Positions 17,527 to 26,074 of a DNA stretch of 36,699 bases are shown here, in pieces (the first letter of the stretch is position 1; each line of letters begins with the position of its first letter). The position numbers were made by a program, and so were the translations under genes. A model generated the notes under the pieces. It saw nothing but the letters and a program-made list of their open reading frames with translations, made no database searches and was not told the origin of the DNA. The DNA lies in the NCBI GenBank assembly GCA_964458975.1, contig CAYWMW010000006.1, positions 1 to 36,699 on the forward strand. Reading direction: 5' to 3'. This DNA comes from an uncultured Lewinella sp. GTDB taxonomy: Bacteria > Bacteroidota > Bacteroidia > Chitinophagales > Saprospiraceae.

Positions 17527-17547
17527 GCACCTGCGGCCGCGCCCAAA
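17527..17547 (+). repeat. Dispersed motif copy (intergenic)
   Basis: GCACCTGCGGCCGCGCCCAAA preceded by AAAACCTTTCTTC; lies 14 bp beyond the stop codon of the EEP gene. Confidence 0.95.
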
Positions 17548-17561
17548 ATGAACGGAAGCTT

Positions 17562-18659
17562 CTACAGCAACTCCACCTCCACATAAACCGGCTGGTGGTC
17601 GCTGTACCGGAAATTCTGTTCGATGCCCTGCACTTTTTTGATGCGTAGATTGGGACTGAGCAGAAAGAAGTCAATCACTTTGCGCCGGGTCTTGAAGCGG
17701 TCGTAAGGTGCGGCGCTGGCTCGGTTAGAGGCCACGGCGGGATCGTAGGCAAACTGCCAGCCTGCGGGCATAAATTCAAAGTCGATGGAGATTGGAAGCT
17801 GGGTTGTCCGTACGGTTGGGTTCATGCTGAACCAGTTGAACCCTGGCGGCATCTGGTTCCAGTCTGCCCCGACGGCGACGTAGCGGCCTGCTTCATAGTC
17901 CGCTAAAACGAGCTCCTTGAGCTTCGCCATCTGCTGCCCCCGGATGCTGCCGTCGGCATCGTAAGCGGAGAAATGAACGTTGTAGACCACCAGCTCCTTG
18001 CCGCCGCGCACGGGGAGGGTCTGCCGCAGCGCGCAGCGGTCGAGCTGGAAAATTTTGGTTGGCCAGCTGTATTCCCCCGGCAATTGAATGCGCTCCGCAG
18101 AAGTCGGCTGGTAGCGCGAAAGACTCGCCAGCCCGCCCACCACGTAGCCGTAGTGGTCCCAGGGCTGCAAAAGAGGGAGCGGTACCCGCTTGCTTCTGAA
18201 GTTAGCCGCAAAATGCGCCGCATAATCCGGTCGGGATTCTCGCGCAACGGCCAGTTGGTTGATGTAGTGGCTGCGCCGGGCGGCCGTATCGACCTCCTGC
18301 AAAAGATAAATATCGGCAACGTTTCCTTTTAGTGTTACCTCCTGCCCAACAACGTTGCTCTTCACCCGCTCCTCGCTCATGCGGACGGTGCCGGGCTTCG
18401 TCCACCAAAACCCAGCGGCCTGATTGTAGAAGAAAAAATCTTTGTCCCCAATGCCGCCGTAGCCCACGTTCCAGCTCATCAGGCTCACGATGGAATCGTT
18501 GATGATGGGCTCCGAGGCGGTCTGGCCGTTGCTTTCCGCTAAGGGCTCCGTCCCTGCGGGCTGCCAGTCCGTAAACGTGCCAAAAAGTAGGAAGCCCACG
18601 ATGTAGAGGACGAAGATCAGGACGAGGTAGCCGAAGAATTTTAGTAGTTTGCGTAGCAT
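17562..18659 (-). CDS. Endonuclease/exonuclease/phosphatase (EEP) family protein, N-terminally membrane-anchored
   Basis: Catalytic motifs SWNVGY, LLQEVD, NVHFSA, GADWN, IDFFL and SDHQPV, with an N-terminal TM helix. Likely start is ATG 18659. Confidence 0.88.
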   Translation of the reverse strand: MLRKLLKFFGYLVLIFVLYIVGFLLFGTFTDWQPAGTEPLAESNGQTASEPIINDSIVSLMSWNVGYGGIGDKDFFFYNQAAGFWWTKPGTVRMSEERVKSNVVGQEVTLKGNVADIYLLQEVDTAARRSHYINQLAVARESRPDYAAHFAANFRSKRVPLPLLQPWDHYGYVVGGLASLSRYQPTSAERIQLPGEYSWPTKIFQLDRCALRQTLPVRGGKELVVYNVHFSAYDADGSIRGQQMAKLKELVLADYEAGRYVAVGADWNQMPPGFNWFSMNPTVRTTQLPISIDFEFMPAGWQFAYDPAVASNRASAAPYDRFKTRRKVIDFFLLSPNLRIKKVQGIEQNFRYSDHQPVYVEVELL

Positions 18660-18766
18660 AATGCGAAGGTACGGTAAGGCTGGATAGCTTGAGGCCAACT
18701 TTTAAGCCAGTATTGTAGCGAAAGCCTGGTGCTAAAACCTGAATGCTAAATGCTGGCTTCTAAAAG

Positions 18767-19819
18767 CTACACCAACAACCCTCGCAACCGCTCGACCTCT
18801 TTAATGATGAGGCCTTTCCCTTCAACGGCAACGAGCCCGTCCCGCTTGAAGTCGGACAGCGCCCGGATGACGCTTTCTTTGGTGGAGCCCACCATCTGCG
18901 CCAGTTCTTCGCGGGAAAGCTCAATTGGTGCACCGGCGTACTTTTCCTGCAGGTCACAGAGTACGAGGGCGGTACGGCGGCGGACGCTGTCGTAGGCCTG
19001 GAGGACGAGCCGTTCTCCGTGCTCAACCACCCTTCCGGCCATCAGGCGCATGAGGGCTTCGGTAATTGTCCGGTCGGTATTGAGGAGCTTGAGGAGTTTC
19101 TCGGTGGACAGGGCCTGGAGTATCGTATCCGGCGCTGCAGCTTTGGCCGAGTAATGGAAGGGTGTACGCTCCAGAGCGGAGGGCAAGCCGAAGATTTCCC
19201 CCGGGCCTAGTTCTGCAATGATGTACTCGCGCCCGTATTCGTGGGTGCGGCTGAGGTGAACCCGGCCCGCTTCCAGTCGGTAAATGGAGTGGGGGTGGTC
19301 GCCTTCCCGGACCACCTTATTGCCCTGTTCGAAAACCTGCTGGCGGCCCTCCTCGGCAAAGGCGTTCTCAAGGCGGAGCCGCCCGCCATCGGGGTCGCTC
19401 AGGTGCTCCTGCTCGGGCCGCGGCCCTGCCGCGCCTGCTCTTGCGCGGGCTTTCTTCAGGCGGGTACTGATTACGTTGAGTAGTTCGTCTTTGTAGAACG
19501 GCTTGGTGATGTAGTCGTCTGCGCCCAGGTTCATGCCCCGGCGGATGTCTTCGGTTTCGGTGCGGGCGGTGATGAAGACGAAGGGTATTCCGGCCGTTCG
19601 CTCGTTCTCGCTGAGCATATTGAGTACGCCGTAGCCATCGAGTTCGGGCATCATTACGTCGCACAAAATCAAATCCGGCGTATGCTCAATGGCCGTTTTT
19701 ACCCCGGCCAGGCCGTTGGGTTCAGCCATGGTGGAATAGCCGTAGAGCTCAAGAATCTCTGCCAGGTTCTCCCTTACTTCTTCGTTGTCTTCGATGATTA
19801 AGATGGCTGCGTTTTCCAT
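18767..19819 (-). CDS. Response regulator: REC domain fused to a cNMP-binding-like domain and a CRP/FNR-type HTH
   Basis: REC motifs IIEDN, LCDVMMP, ITA and YITKPF; CRP-like VVREGD..YRLEAGRV..GEIFG; HTH LSREELAQMVGSTKESVIRALSDF. Confidence 0.92.
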   Translation of the reverse strand: MENAAILIIEDNEEVRENLAEILELYGYSTMAEPNGLAGVKTAIEHTPDLILCDVMMPELDGYGVLNMLSENERTAGIPFVFITARTETEDIRRGMNLGADDYITKPFYKDELLNVISTRLKKARARAGAAGPRPEQEHLSDPDGGRLRLENAFAEEGRQQVFEQGNKVVREGDHPHSIYRLEAGRVHLSRTHEYGREYIIAELGPGEIFGLPSALERTPFHYSAKAAAPDTILQALSTEKLLKLLNTDRTITEALMRLMAGRVVEHGERLVLQAYDSVRRRTALVLCDLQEKYAGAPIELSREELAQMVGSTKESVIRALSDFKRDGLVAVEGKGLIIKEVERLRGLLV

Positions 19820-19852
19820 GCGTTTTTCTTGAAAGTTACTGGGGTTCTACTG

Positions 19853-20021
19853 CTAGTGGGTGAGTTCATAATTACTTGGCCGTTATTCCTTGTCTTTTCG
19901 CACCGTGACTTCGTTGCTGAAATCCTCATTTAGCTACGGCTAGACTCCGGTTTCAGCGCCTTGCCACGGCACGAAAATCCGGCGGACTAAACGACCAGAT
20001 AATTATGAACTCACCCACTAG
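19853..20021. mobile_element. 169-bp MITE-like element with 22-bp perfect terminal inverted repeats
   Basis: CTAGTGGGTGAGTTCATAATTA (19853-19874) / TAATTATGAACTCACCCACTAG (20000-20021). CTAG (containing TA) lies at both ends, the interior is also self-complementary, and there is no ORF. Confidence 0.75.
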
Positions 20022-20103
20022 TACACTGTACTTGTACTATATTTAGAACGCAATATATGCTTAGCCGGTAGAAATGAAAAGGCGCGAGGGGGGGGCAGCA
20101 GGC

Positions 20104-21294
20104 CTACGCCGGTAGCAGGATGGTAAAAGTTGATCCTTCTCCGAGCTTACTCTCAAATTCAATCTTTCCTTCCAGGAGCTCAACGTAGTGGTTTACGATG
20201 TTAAGCCCCAAGCCGGTGCCCTTCACGTTTTCTACGTTTCTCGCCCGGAAAAAACGGTCGAAAAGATGCGCCTGGTCTTCGGCGGGTATGCCGATTCCGT
20301 GATCGGTTACTCTGATGAAACACTGACCGTCTTGCATGCCCGTTTTGATGTTAATCTCTACGCCGGGGGAGGAATACTTGGCGGCGTTAGAAATCAGGTT
20401 GATGAGGACGTGGCGGAGAAGTTTTGGGTCGGAAACTATGCGCTTGGGCGTATCGCTCAGGTCCAGCATGATTTTTTGGCCAGGTTTCAGCTGGCCTTCG
20501 CTACTTTCTATACTGGTAGAGATGATGGCTTGCAGGTCAATAAGGCGGGGCATTACGGTTACCTTTCCTTGTTCCAGTTTGGATAGGGAGAGGAAATCGT
20601 TTAAGACCTCCGTGAGCTCATGGACGGCATTTTTGATCCGGCCAATGTGTTTTTCCCGCTTCGGCTGTTGCTCCCGCTCCTCGTAAAGCTCAATGAGTTC
20701 TACGGAGCTGAGGACCGTACTGAGTGGGGTTTTGAACTCGTGGCTCGCCATGCTCAGGAATCGGCTCTTGAGTTCGTTGAGCTCACGTTCTTTACCGAGG
20801 GCCCGTTGCAGTTCACTCTCTCGCTGACGTAGGGCGGCCGTTCGCTCTTCTACTTTGGATTCGAGCTCGGCGTTTAGCTGTTCCACCCTGTCTTTTGCCC
20901 GCTTAAAACTGGTCAGGTCGTGCAGAATCCCGGTGTAAATGGTTTGGTCGTAAAGCTTCACTTCGCTCACTGCAAGGCGGAGGGGGAACTCTTCCCCGTT
21001 TTTTCTGCGGCCGGTGACTTCCCGCCCAATGCCAATGATTCTTGGCTCATTGGTTTCGTGGTACCGATTGAGGTAGCCATCGTGGTGCCGTTGGTCGTGG
21101 TCGCCCATCAGCAGGTTAATTTTTTGGCCGCGCAATTCACTGGCCTTATAGCCAAATAAATCACAGGCGGCACGATTTAGGTTCTCAATAACCCCTTCGG
21201 TACTGATCGTGATGATCCCGTCGGTAGCCATTTCAAAGAGCGCCTTTAGCCGGCGGCTGTCTTCCTGACTCATCTTTTCTGGAAAGCTTTTCAT
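20104..21294 (-). CDS. Cytoplasmic PAS sensor histidine kinase, FixL-like heme-PAS
   Basis: PAS segment INLLM....RHHDGYLNRY....RIIGIGREVTGRRK.G..FP closely parallels the FixL heme PAS. H-box SHEFKTPL, N-box NLISNAAKY, G-boxes DHGIGI and GTGLGL; no TM helix. An alternative start is ATG 21273. Confidence 0.9.
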   Translation of the reverse strand: MKSFPEKMSQEDSRRLKALFEMATDGIITISTEGVIENLNRAACDLFGYKASELRGQKINLLMGDHDQRHHDGYLNRYHETNEPRIIGIGREVTGRRKNGEEFPLRLAVSEVKLYDQTIYTGILHDLTSFKRAKDRVEQLNAELESKVEERTAALRQRESELQRALGKERELNELKSRFLSMASHEFKTPLSTVLSSVELIELYEEREQQPKREKHIGRIKNAVHELTEVLNDFLSLSKLEQGKVTVMPRLIDLQAIISTSIESSEGQLKPGQKIMLDLSDTPKRIVSDPKLLRHVLINLISNAAKYSSPGVEINIKTGMQDGQCFIRVTDHGIGIPAEDQAHLFDRFFRARNVENVKGTGLGLNIVNHYVELLEGKIEFESKLGEGSTFTILLPA

Positions 21295-21340
21295 AAGCGG
21301 CCTTTGGTTCTTTTAACTGGTTTAATCCAGTTCTATGAAC

Positions 21341-21348
21341 CAAAGATA
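21341..21348 (-). promoter_or_regulatory. Candidate -7 promoter element (TATCTTTG) for the kinase/regulator pair
   Basis: Exact TAnnTTTG match on the minus strand, 46 bp upstream of ATG 21294 and just downstream of a terminator. Confidence 0.55.
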
Positions 21349-21373
21349 AGTCGCCTAATTTCTAACAAGCTGT

Positions 21374-21404
21374 AAAAAGTGCTCCCGGCTATGACCGGGA
21401 GCAC
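21374..21404 (-). terminator. Rho-independent terminator ending the cco-cluster transcripts
   Basis: Stem GTGCTCCCGG/CCGGGAGCAC with a 6-nt loop, followed by TTTTT on the minus strand. Confidence 0.8.
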
Positions 21405-21441
21405 GTAAAACATGGTGAACGTTCGAAAAACCCCAGAAGGC

Positions 21442-21672
21442 CTAGGCCGCTTTTCTTGTTTCACGCAATTCAGGTTTCCTATTCAAGTTCTTGACTTCTG
21501 CTACTACCTTTTCTTCAGGTAAGAAGCTGACCCCCAAAATGGCACTAAGGAACAGTGGAAGGGCCAGGATAGCAATCAGCGGTTGGCCAGCAAATAAGCC
21601 GCCAATGACGCAAGCCATCATGAGGTAGAAACGGATAAGAACTTTGTCGAAAGTACAAGCGAAGAAGCGCAT
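21442..21672 (-). CDS. Small two-TM membrane protein (76 aa)
   Basis: MRFFACTFDKVLIRFYLMMACVIGGLFAGQPLIAILALPLFLSAILG, with a basic C-terminal tail and its own promoter box upstream. Confidence 0.75.
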   Translation of the reverse strand: MRFFACTFDKVLIRFYLMMACVIGGLFAGQPLIAILALPLFLSAILGVSFLPEEKVVAEVKNLNRKPELRETRKAA

Positions 21673-21748
21673 GGTGTAGTGGTTTTGTTGTACCACAAAT
21701 ATCGGGTGGTAATGCGCCCAAACTACTGTCCAGAATCATGCCTGGAGG

Positions 21749-21760
21749 TGATCATAATCA
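21749..21760. promoter_or_regulatory. CRP/FNR-type box TGA-N6-TCA
   Basis: gTGATCATAATCAg, starting 30 bp from a minus-strand GTAGTTTG -7-like element (21719-21726). Confidence 0.6.
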
Positions 21761-21771
21761 GGTCTGGCTAC

Positions 21772-22176
21772 CTACACGTAATCCTCTAGTCGAATCTCCT
21801 CTTCGTCCATCAAACGGATCAGGTCCAGGGTCGTCAGAATACCGACCAGCTTGTCTTCTTCCAGCACGGGGAGTGCGTGGAATTTATTGAGGGTGAACAG
21901 GTTTGCGGCGGTACGGATAGTGTCCGTTGGCTCCAGTTTAGCGATGTGGGCCGTCATGATCTCGTTGACGGTGTGCATACCCGCGCCCCGGTCCGGCAGC
22001 TTCAGGAAGTCGGCATGGCTCAGCATACCCATCAGCGTGTGCTCGGGGCTCAGTACGGGGAGGTGGTGGATGTTGTGCTTCGAGAGCAAACCCAGCGCAG
22101 TAGCTACCGGCGTATGGATGGTTACGGTGATGAGCTCCGTCGTCATCAGGGTAGAAACTTTGGTCAATAAATTCAC
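21772..22176 (-). CDS. CBS-domain pair protein
   Basis: Two CBS repeats: VSTLMT..IHHLPVL..GMLS and VNEIMT..FHALPVL..LVGILT; GTG start. Confidence 0.9.
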   Translation of the reverse strand: MNLLTKVSTLMTTELITVTIHTPVATALGLLSKHNIHHLPVLSPEHTLMGMLSHADFLKLPDRGAGMHTVNEIMTAHIAKLEPTDTIRTAANLFTLNKFHALPVLEEDKLVGILTTLDLIRLMDEEEIRLEDYV

Positions 22177-22227
22177 GGTAAAAGTGTTTTATGGTTAACA
22201 ATATCGAACTCGCGCCAAGGAGTAAGA

Positions 22228-22911
22228 TCAATGGCACATTGGCGGGAAGACCATGTCCTGAAAGTTGAAAAAGTCAGCAGGCACGTGGGTGGCCCACCCC
22301 CTGTAGATTAATAGTAGGCCCGCGACGGTCATCACCACCGGGCTAATGGCCGCCAGCCGGGCCTGGTCTAGCCGGAACAACCGCTTCCCTGCGTAGAGCG
22401 TAGCGGTTAACAATGGCAGCGTTCCCAGCCCGAAGGCCATCATGAACCCCGCACCAACCAGCGGGCTTCCCGTATTAGCGGCACCGATCACGGCCAGGTA
22501 AACCAGGCCGCAGGGAAGTAGCCCGTTGCAACAGCCCAGGGCAAACCGGGCCTTTGTGCCGCCCTCAGACATGAAACCGGCTACCTGACTTCTTAGCCTC
22601 ACCTGAAAGCGGGCGTAGGCGGGTATCCTTTGGAGGAGGTTGCCGGGGTCCAAACGTAGTAACGCAAAGCCAATCAGTAAGACACCGGATAGCAGCGCAA
22701 TTGTGCTCTGGGCGTTCCAAAGTCGCAGCCCCAGCCCCAGCGCGCCGAGTAAGCCGCCGAGCAGGATGTACACCAGTATCCGTCCCCCCTGGTAGGCAAA
22801 GGCACTATGCCAGCGGCCACCGTTACCCGCCGCCAGCATCAACGGGCCGCACATGCCAACACAGTGAAGGCTGCCCGTAAGACCCAGTATGAATGCGGCG
22901 ATTAGTTCCAT
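22228..22911 (-). CDS. DsbD_2/TauE-SafE-like membrane protein associated with cbb3 oxidase assembly
   Basis: Motifs GSLHCVGMCGP, NGLLPCGLVY and FGLGTLP; usual position after ccoH. Confidence 0.88.
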   Translation of the reverse strand: MELIAAFILGLTGSLHCVGMCGPLMLAAGNGGRWHSAFAYQGGRILVYILLGGLLGALGLGLRLWNAQSTIALLSGVLLIGFALLRLDPGNLLQRIPAYARFQVRLRSQVAGFMSEGGTKARFALGCCNGLLPCGLVYLAVIGAANTGSPLVGAGFMMAFGLGTLPLLTATLYAGKRLFRLDQARLAAISPVVMTVAGLLLIYRGWATHVPADFFNFQDMVFPPMCH

Positions 22912-23096
22912 GATGTGGTAAAATTTTAACTCGTCTGCCGAGGCGGGCGATAGCCCTGACTCGTCGGCCGAGTGAGTCTGGGGCTTTAGTGAATTAGATG
23001 ATGCTGACTTCCGAGGGCAGGGCTGTAGGGCCTTGGTTTAGTCGGTCCAAACGCTCGGAGCTGTAAATCTTATAGGCCTTGCGTATCAGCAGAGTA

Positions 23097-23540
23097 CTAA
23101 GGCCGAACGTCCAAATCCAGCTCGTCGTAATAGTCCACCCCTCCGGCACTCCATTCCACGATGGCGGAATAACGGCCAGGGTTCATGCCTTTCAGGGGGA
23201 GTTTCATCGTACCGTCGTCGCGTACCGCTAATGGTAAGCGGCGGTCGTCGTTTTTGGTGCTTGGCCGGTAGAGGTGTACGGTACCAGCCACCTTACTGTC
23301 AATGGAGGCGGGGAAACGAAGTTCGTAGCCATCCTCAGAGGCGACCATCTGAAGCGGATCGCTCAGGGCGTTGCTGTTGAGCCGGCGGTCGTACTCCTGT
23401 TGGTAGTTGATGTCGTGGGCGTAGTAATCTTCGTACACCAGACTGTTGTCAAACGTCCGGCTCTTAACCACCACAATGATTAGGGTAGCAACGAAAAAAG
23501 CATAGAAAGTAAAGATGCCGTGGCCCCAGTGAAATTTCAT
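23097..23540 (-). CDS. ccoH: FixH/CcoH family protein
   Basis: MKFHWGHGI + TM helix + LV.EDYY..DINYQ, and LYRPS; follows ccoG. Confidence 0.85.
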   Translation of the reverse strand: MKFHWGHGIFTFYAFFVATLIIVVVKSRTFDNSLVYEDYYAHDINYQQEYDRRLNSNALSDPLQMVASEDGYELRFPASIDSKVAGTVHLYRPSTKNDDRRLPLAVRDDGTMKLPLKGMNPGRYSAIVEWSAGGVDYYDELDLDVRP

Positions 23541-23543
23541 AGC

Positions 23544-25181
23544 TTATTGTTTTTTAGGATGAACGAAAGTGGTCGTGAAGGTCTCCAGTTGTTCGTCTTC
23601 GGTCCAGACTTCTATTTCGAGTTTGCCGTCAAAGCCGGGTGGGGGGGCTGTTGGCAGGTCGATGAAGAGTGCTCCTTCGTTTACCTCGCCGGGCTCCGCC
23701 ATGGGAGATTCGCCGACGAAGCGTACCGCTGCGCCGGGCATGTCTGCTACCTCGAAACGCAGCTCCAGATCGCGGCCTGTTTTGTTGATGACCTGGTAGG
23801 TGTACAGGTTGTTGATGGTGCCATCAGCGTTTTCCTGGTACAGGGTGCCGGGGGTGCGGAGCATGATCACGTCCAGGCCATCCCGCCCGCCAAGGAGGAA
23901 GATGTTCAGGGCGATGAGGGCAATTAATACACCGGAGTAGGCAATTACTCTTGGCGTCCATATTCTGCGTTCCTGGCGGGCAACGCCCGCTTCACTGTCG
24001 TAGCGGATCAGCCCTCGGGGGCGGTCAATTTTGTCCATCACCGCATCGCAGGCATCGATGCAGGCCGTGCAGTTGATGCACTCCATCTGGATGCCGTTGC
24101 GGATGTCGATGCCGGTTGGGCAAACCTGCACGCAGAGGGTGCAGTCGATGCAGTCCCCTTTAAGTTTGGGCTCGGAAGTGGCCATGCTTAGCGTCCCGGT
24201 TTCCGTAAAGGATATTGGGGGCGCGGCCGCAGGTGCAGGGGAGGTTTTTGAAACGGCGCTTACCGCTTTAGGGGAAGTCGCGGGCGTTTTCTGCGGCGCA
24301 AGCCCATCTTTTGCAAGCGCGGCCTCCAGGCGGTGCAGCATCTGGTCTCCGCAGGTATCTTTACCGTCGCGGCAGTTTTCGCAGTCCGTACAGCTGCTTT
24401 TCTTGGGTTTGCCTTTACGGATTTTACCCCGGGGCTCTCCCCGTTCGTAGTCGTAGATTACGTTGATGCTGTCGTCGTCAAGGAGTACGCCCTGCAAACG
24501 GCCGTAGGGGCAGATAGCAATACAGACCTGTTCGCGCATATTGGCGAAGACGAAGTAGAATATCCCGATGAAAACCACAATGGCCAGAAAGCCGAACGGG
24601 GCACTCACCGGAGACTGGCTCACGGTCGCAAGCACCGCATCCGTACCAATAATATAGGCTAAGAAAGTGTGGGCAATGATGCCTGAGACCAATAAAAAGA
24701 GCGCATGCTTCGCTACCTTTTTCTTGATTTTATCTTTGGTCCAGGCAGCTTTGGCGAGCTTGCGCTGTGCGTTGGCATCGCCCTCAATCCAGTACTCGAT
24801 CTTACGGAAAACCATCTCCATAAAGATGGTCTGGGGGCAAACCCAGCCGCAAAACAGCCGCCCGAAGACTACCGTAAACAGGGCAATGAAAACCACCCCC
24901 GTAATCATCAAAATGGCAAAGAGGTGAAAATCCTGCGGGGTGAACGACAAACCGAAAAGAATGAACTTCCGCTCCAGTACGTTCAGCAAGATAATCGGCT
25001 CTCCGCCTACCCTGATCCAGGGGAGGCCAAACAAAACAAGCAATAGGGCATAGCTGAGGTAGCTCCGCCACTGGTAAAAGCGACCGTCCGGTTTCTTCGG
25101 GAATACCCACTTCCGCTTGCCATCGGCGTCGACGGTGCCGATGGTGTCCCGAAAGCTATCCTTATTGACTGTTTTACTCAT
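23544..25181 (-). CDS. ccoG: cbb3 oxidase accessory polyferredoxin CcoG/FixG (with an internal insertion)
   Basis: Motifs GRLFCGWVCPQT, CIAICPYG, CIDCTLCVQVCP and CINCTACIDAC. Confidence 0.95.
   Translation of the reverse strand: MSKTVNKDSFRDTIGTVDADGKRKWVFPKKPDGRFYQWRSYLSYALLLVLFGLPWIRVGGEPIILLNVLERKFILFGLSFTPQDFHLFAILMITGVVFIALFTVVFGRLFCGWVCPQTIFMEMVFRKIEYWIEGDANAQRKLAKAAWTKDKIKKKVAKHALFLLVSGIIAHTFLAYIIGTDAVLATVSQSPVSAPFGFLAIVVFIGIFYFVFANMREQVCIAICPYGRLQGVLLDDDSINVIYDYERGEPRGKIRKGKPKKSSCTDCENCRDGKDTCGDQMLHRLEAALAKDGLAPQKTPATSPKAVSAVSKTSPAPAAAPPISFTETGTLSMATSEPKLKGDCIDCTLCVQVCPTGIDIRNGIQMECINCTACIDACDAVMDKIDRPRGLIRYDSEAGVARQERRIWTPRVIAYSGVLIALIALNIFLLGGRDGLDVIMLRTPGTLYQENADGTINNLYTYQVINKTGRDLELRFEVADMPGAAVRFVGESPMAEPGEVNEGALFIDLPTAPPPGFDGKLEIEVWTEDEQLETFTTTFVHPKKQ
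24219..24253 (-). repeat. Dispersed motif copy inside ccoG (encodes SKTSPAPAAAP)
   Basis: Minus strand TTTCAAAAACCTCCCCTGCACCTGCGGCCGCGCCC; shares the TTTCAAAAACCT flank with the intergenic copy at 1952-1989. Confidence 0.95.
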
Positions 25182-26074
25182 TACTTTTTACTTAAGTCTG
25201 CTGCTTCGTACACTTCACCCTGGGGCTCTTTAGCGTCGGCGGGGTTGGTGCCAGCCAGGCTGATGATGTAACTGGCTACTGCCTGCATATCCTTAGGGCG
25301 CAGTTCGTTCTTCCAGGCAATCATTCCCTTTTCGGGGATACCGTACTTGATGGACTTGAAGACGTCTGAAATACTGCCGCCGTGCAGCCAGTACTTATCC
25401 GTGAGGTTAGGGCCAATACCGCCTTCACCCTGCGTGCCGTGGCATACTGCACACTTGGCGGTGAACATAGCCTGGCCTTTACCCAGCGCATCAGCATCAG
25501 CTAGTAGCTCGACGTTGGATTCGTCGATCGCGTTTTTCTGCGTAGCGAGGTAGGCTTTTACCTGGTCTTCAGCAATTTCCATTTCGTAGGCGTAGGCCTC
25601 GTGCTGCAAACTACCGTAGTCGGAGAAGTGGACAAACCAAATGTAAACCGGCGCAAAGGCCATGGACAGGTACAGGATGCCTTTCCACCAAGGGGGGAGG
25701 TTGTTGTCCAGTTCCATAATACCGTCGTAGTCGTGGTCCAGCAGAATGTCTTCCTCCTCTTCAATCGGCACATCATCGGTAAGGCGGTCGTAGAGGGTCT
25801 GCCACCAGGGAGTGGTAGCGGCGGCCGGTACCGGTACGCCTACTTTTTCAAGTACTTCAGGGTGGTACTTCTCCAGCATCCGGAGGCGTTGCATCCGCAT
25901 GAAGGTGAAGCTCAGGTTAATGATCGCCCCCATCCCCGCTGCGAAGACCAGTAACATAAGACCGAGCAAAAGCTGCTCCATCGGAGACATGCCGGAGAGT
26001 AAGTTTACGCTAGATGACTCAGTTGCCGGAGCGACAGTTTGTAAAAGCAGTGGTTTATAGCTTAGTAAGTTCAC
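25181..26074 (-). CDS. ccoP: cbb3-type cytochrome c oxidase subunit III
   Basis: HDYDGIMELDNNLPPWW, a single heme c motif CAVCH, GPNLTD and KGMIAW. Confidence 0.95.
   Translation of the reverse strand: MNLLSYKPLLLQTVAPATESSSVNLLSGMSPMEQLLLGLMLLVFAAGMGAIINLSFTFMRMQRLRMLEKYHPEVLEKVGVPVPAAATTPWWQTLYDRLTDDVPIEEEEDILLDHDYDGIMELDNNLPPWWKGILYLSMAFAPVYIWFVHFSDYGSLQHEAYAYEMEIAEDQVKAYLATQKNAIDESNVELLADADALGKGQAMFTAKCAVCHGTQGEGGIGPNLTDKYWLHGGSISDVFKSIKYGIPEKGMIAWKNELRPKDMQAVASYIISLAGTNPADAKEPQGEVYEAADLSKK

Noticed and set aside
17375-17674. 99-aa minus-strand ORF
   Set aside because: Runs through repeats and overlaps the EEP gene end; no coding features.
6763-18659. Helicase, AAA ATPase and EEP nuclease as an anti-phage defence island
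   Set aside because: The genes are in mixed orientations and not operonic, two of the proteins are exported and the EEP is membrane-anchored, and there is no integrase or obvious compositional break.
22912-23096. Possible small gene between ccoH and the DsbD_2 gene
   Set aside because: No convincing start codon or coding pattern; only a modest hairpin near 22952-22985.
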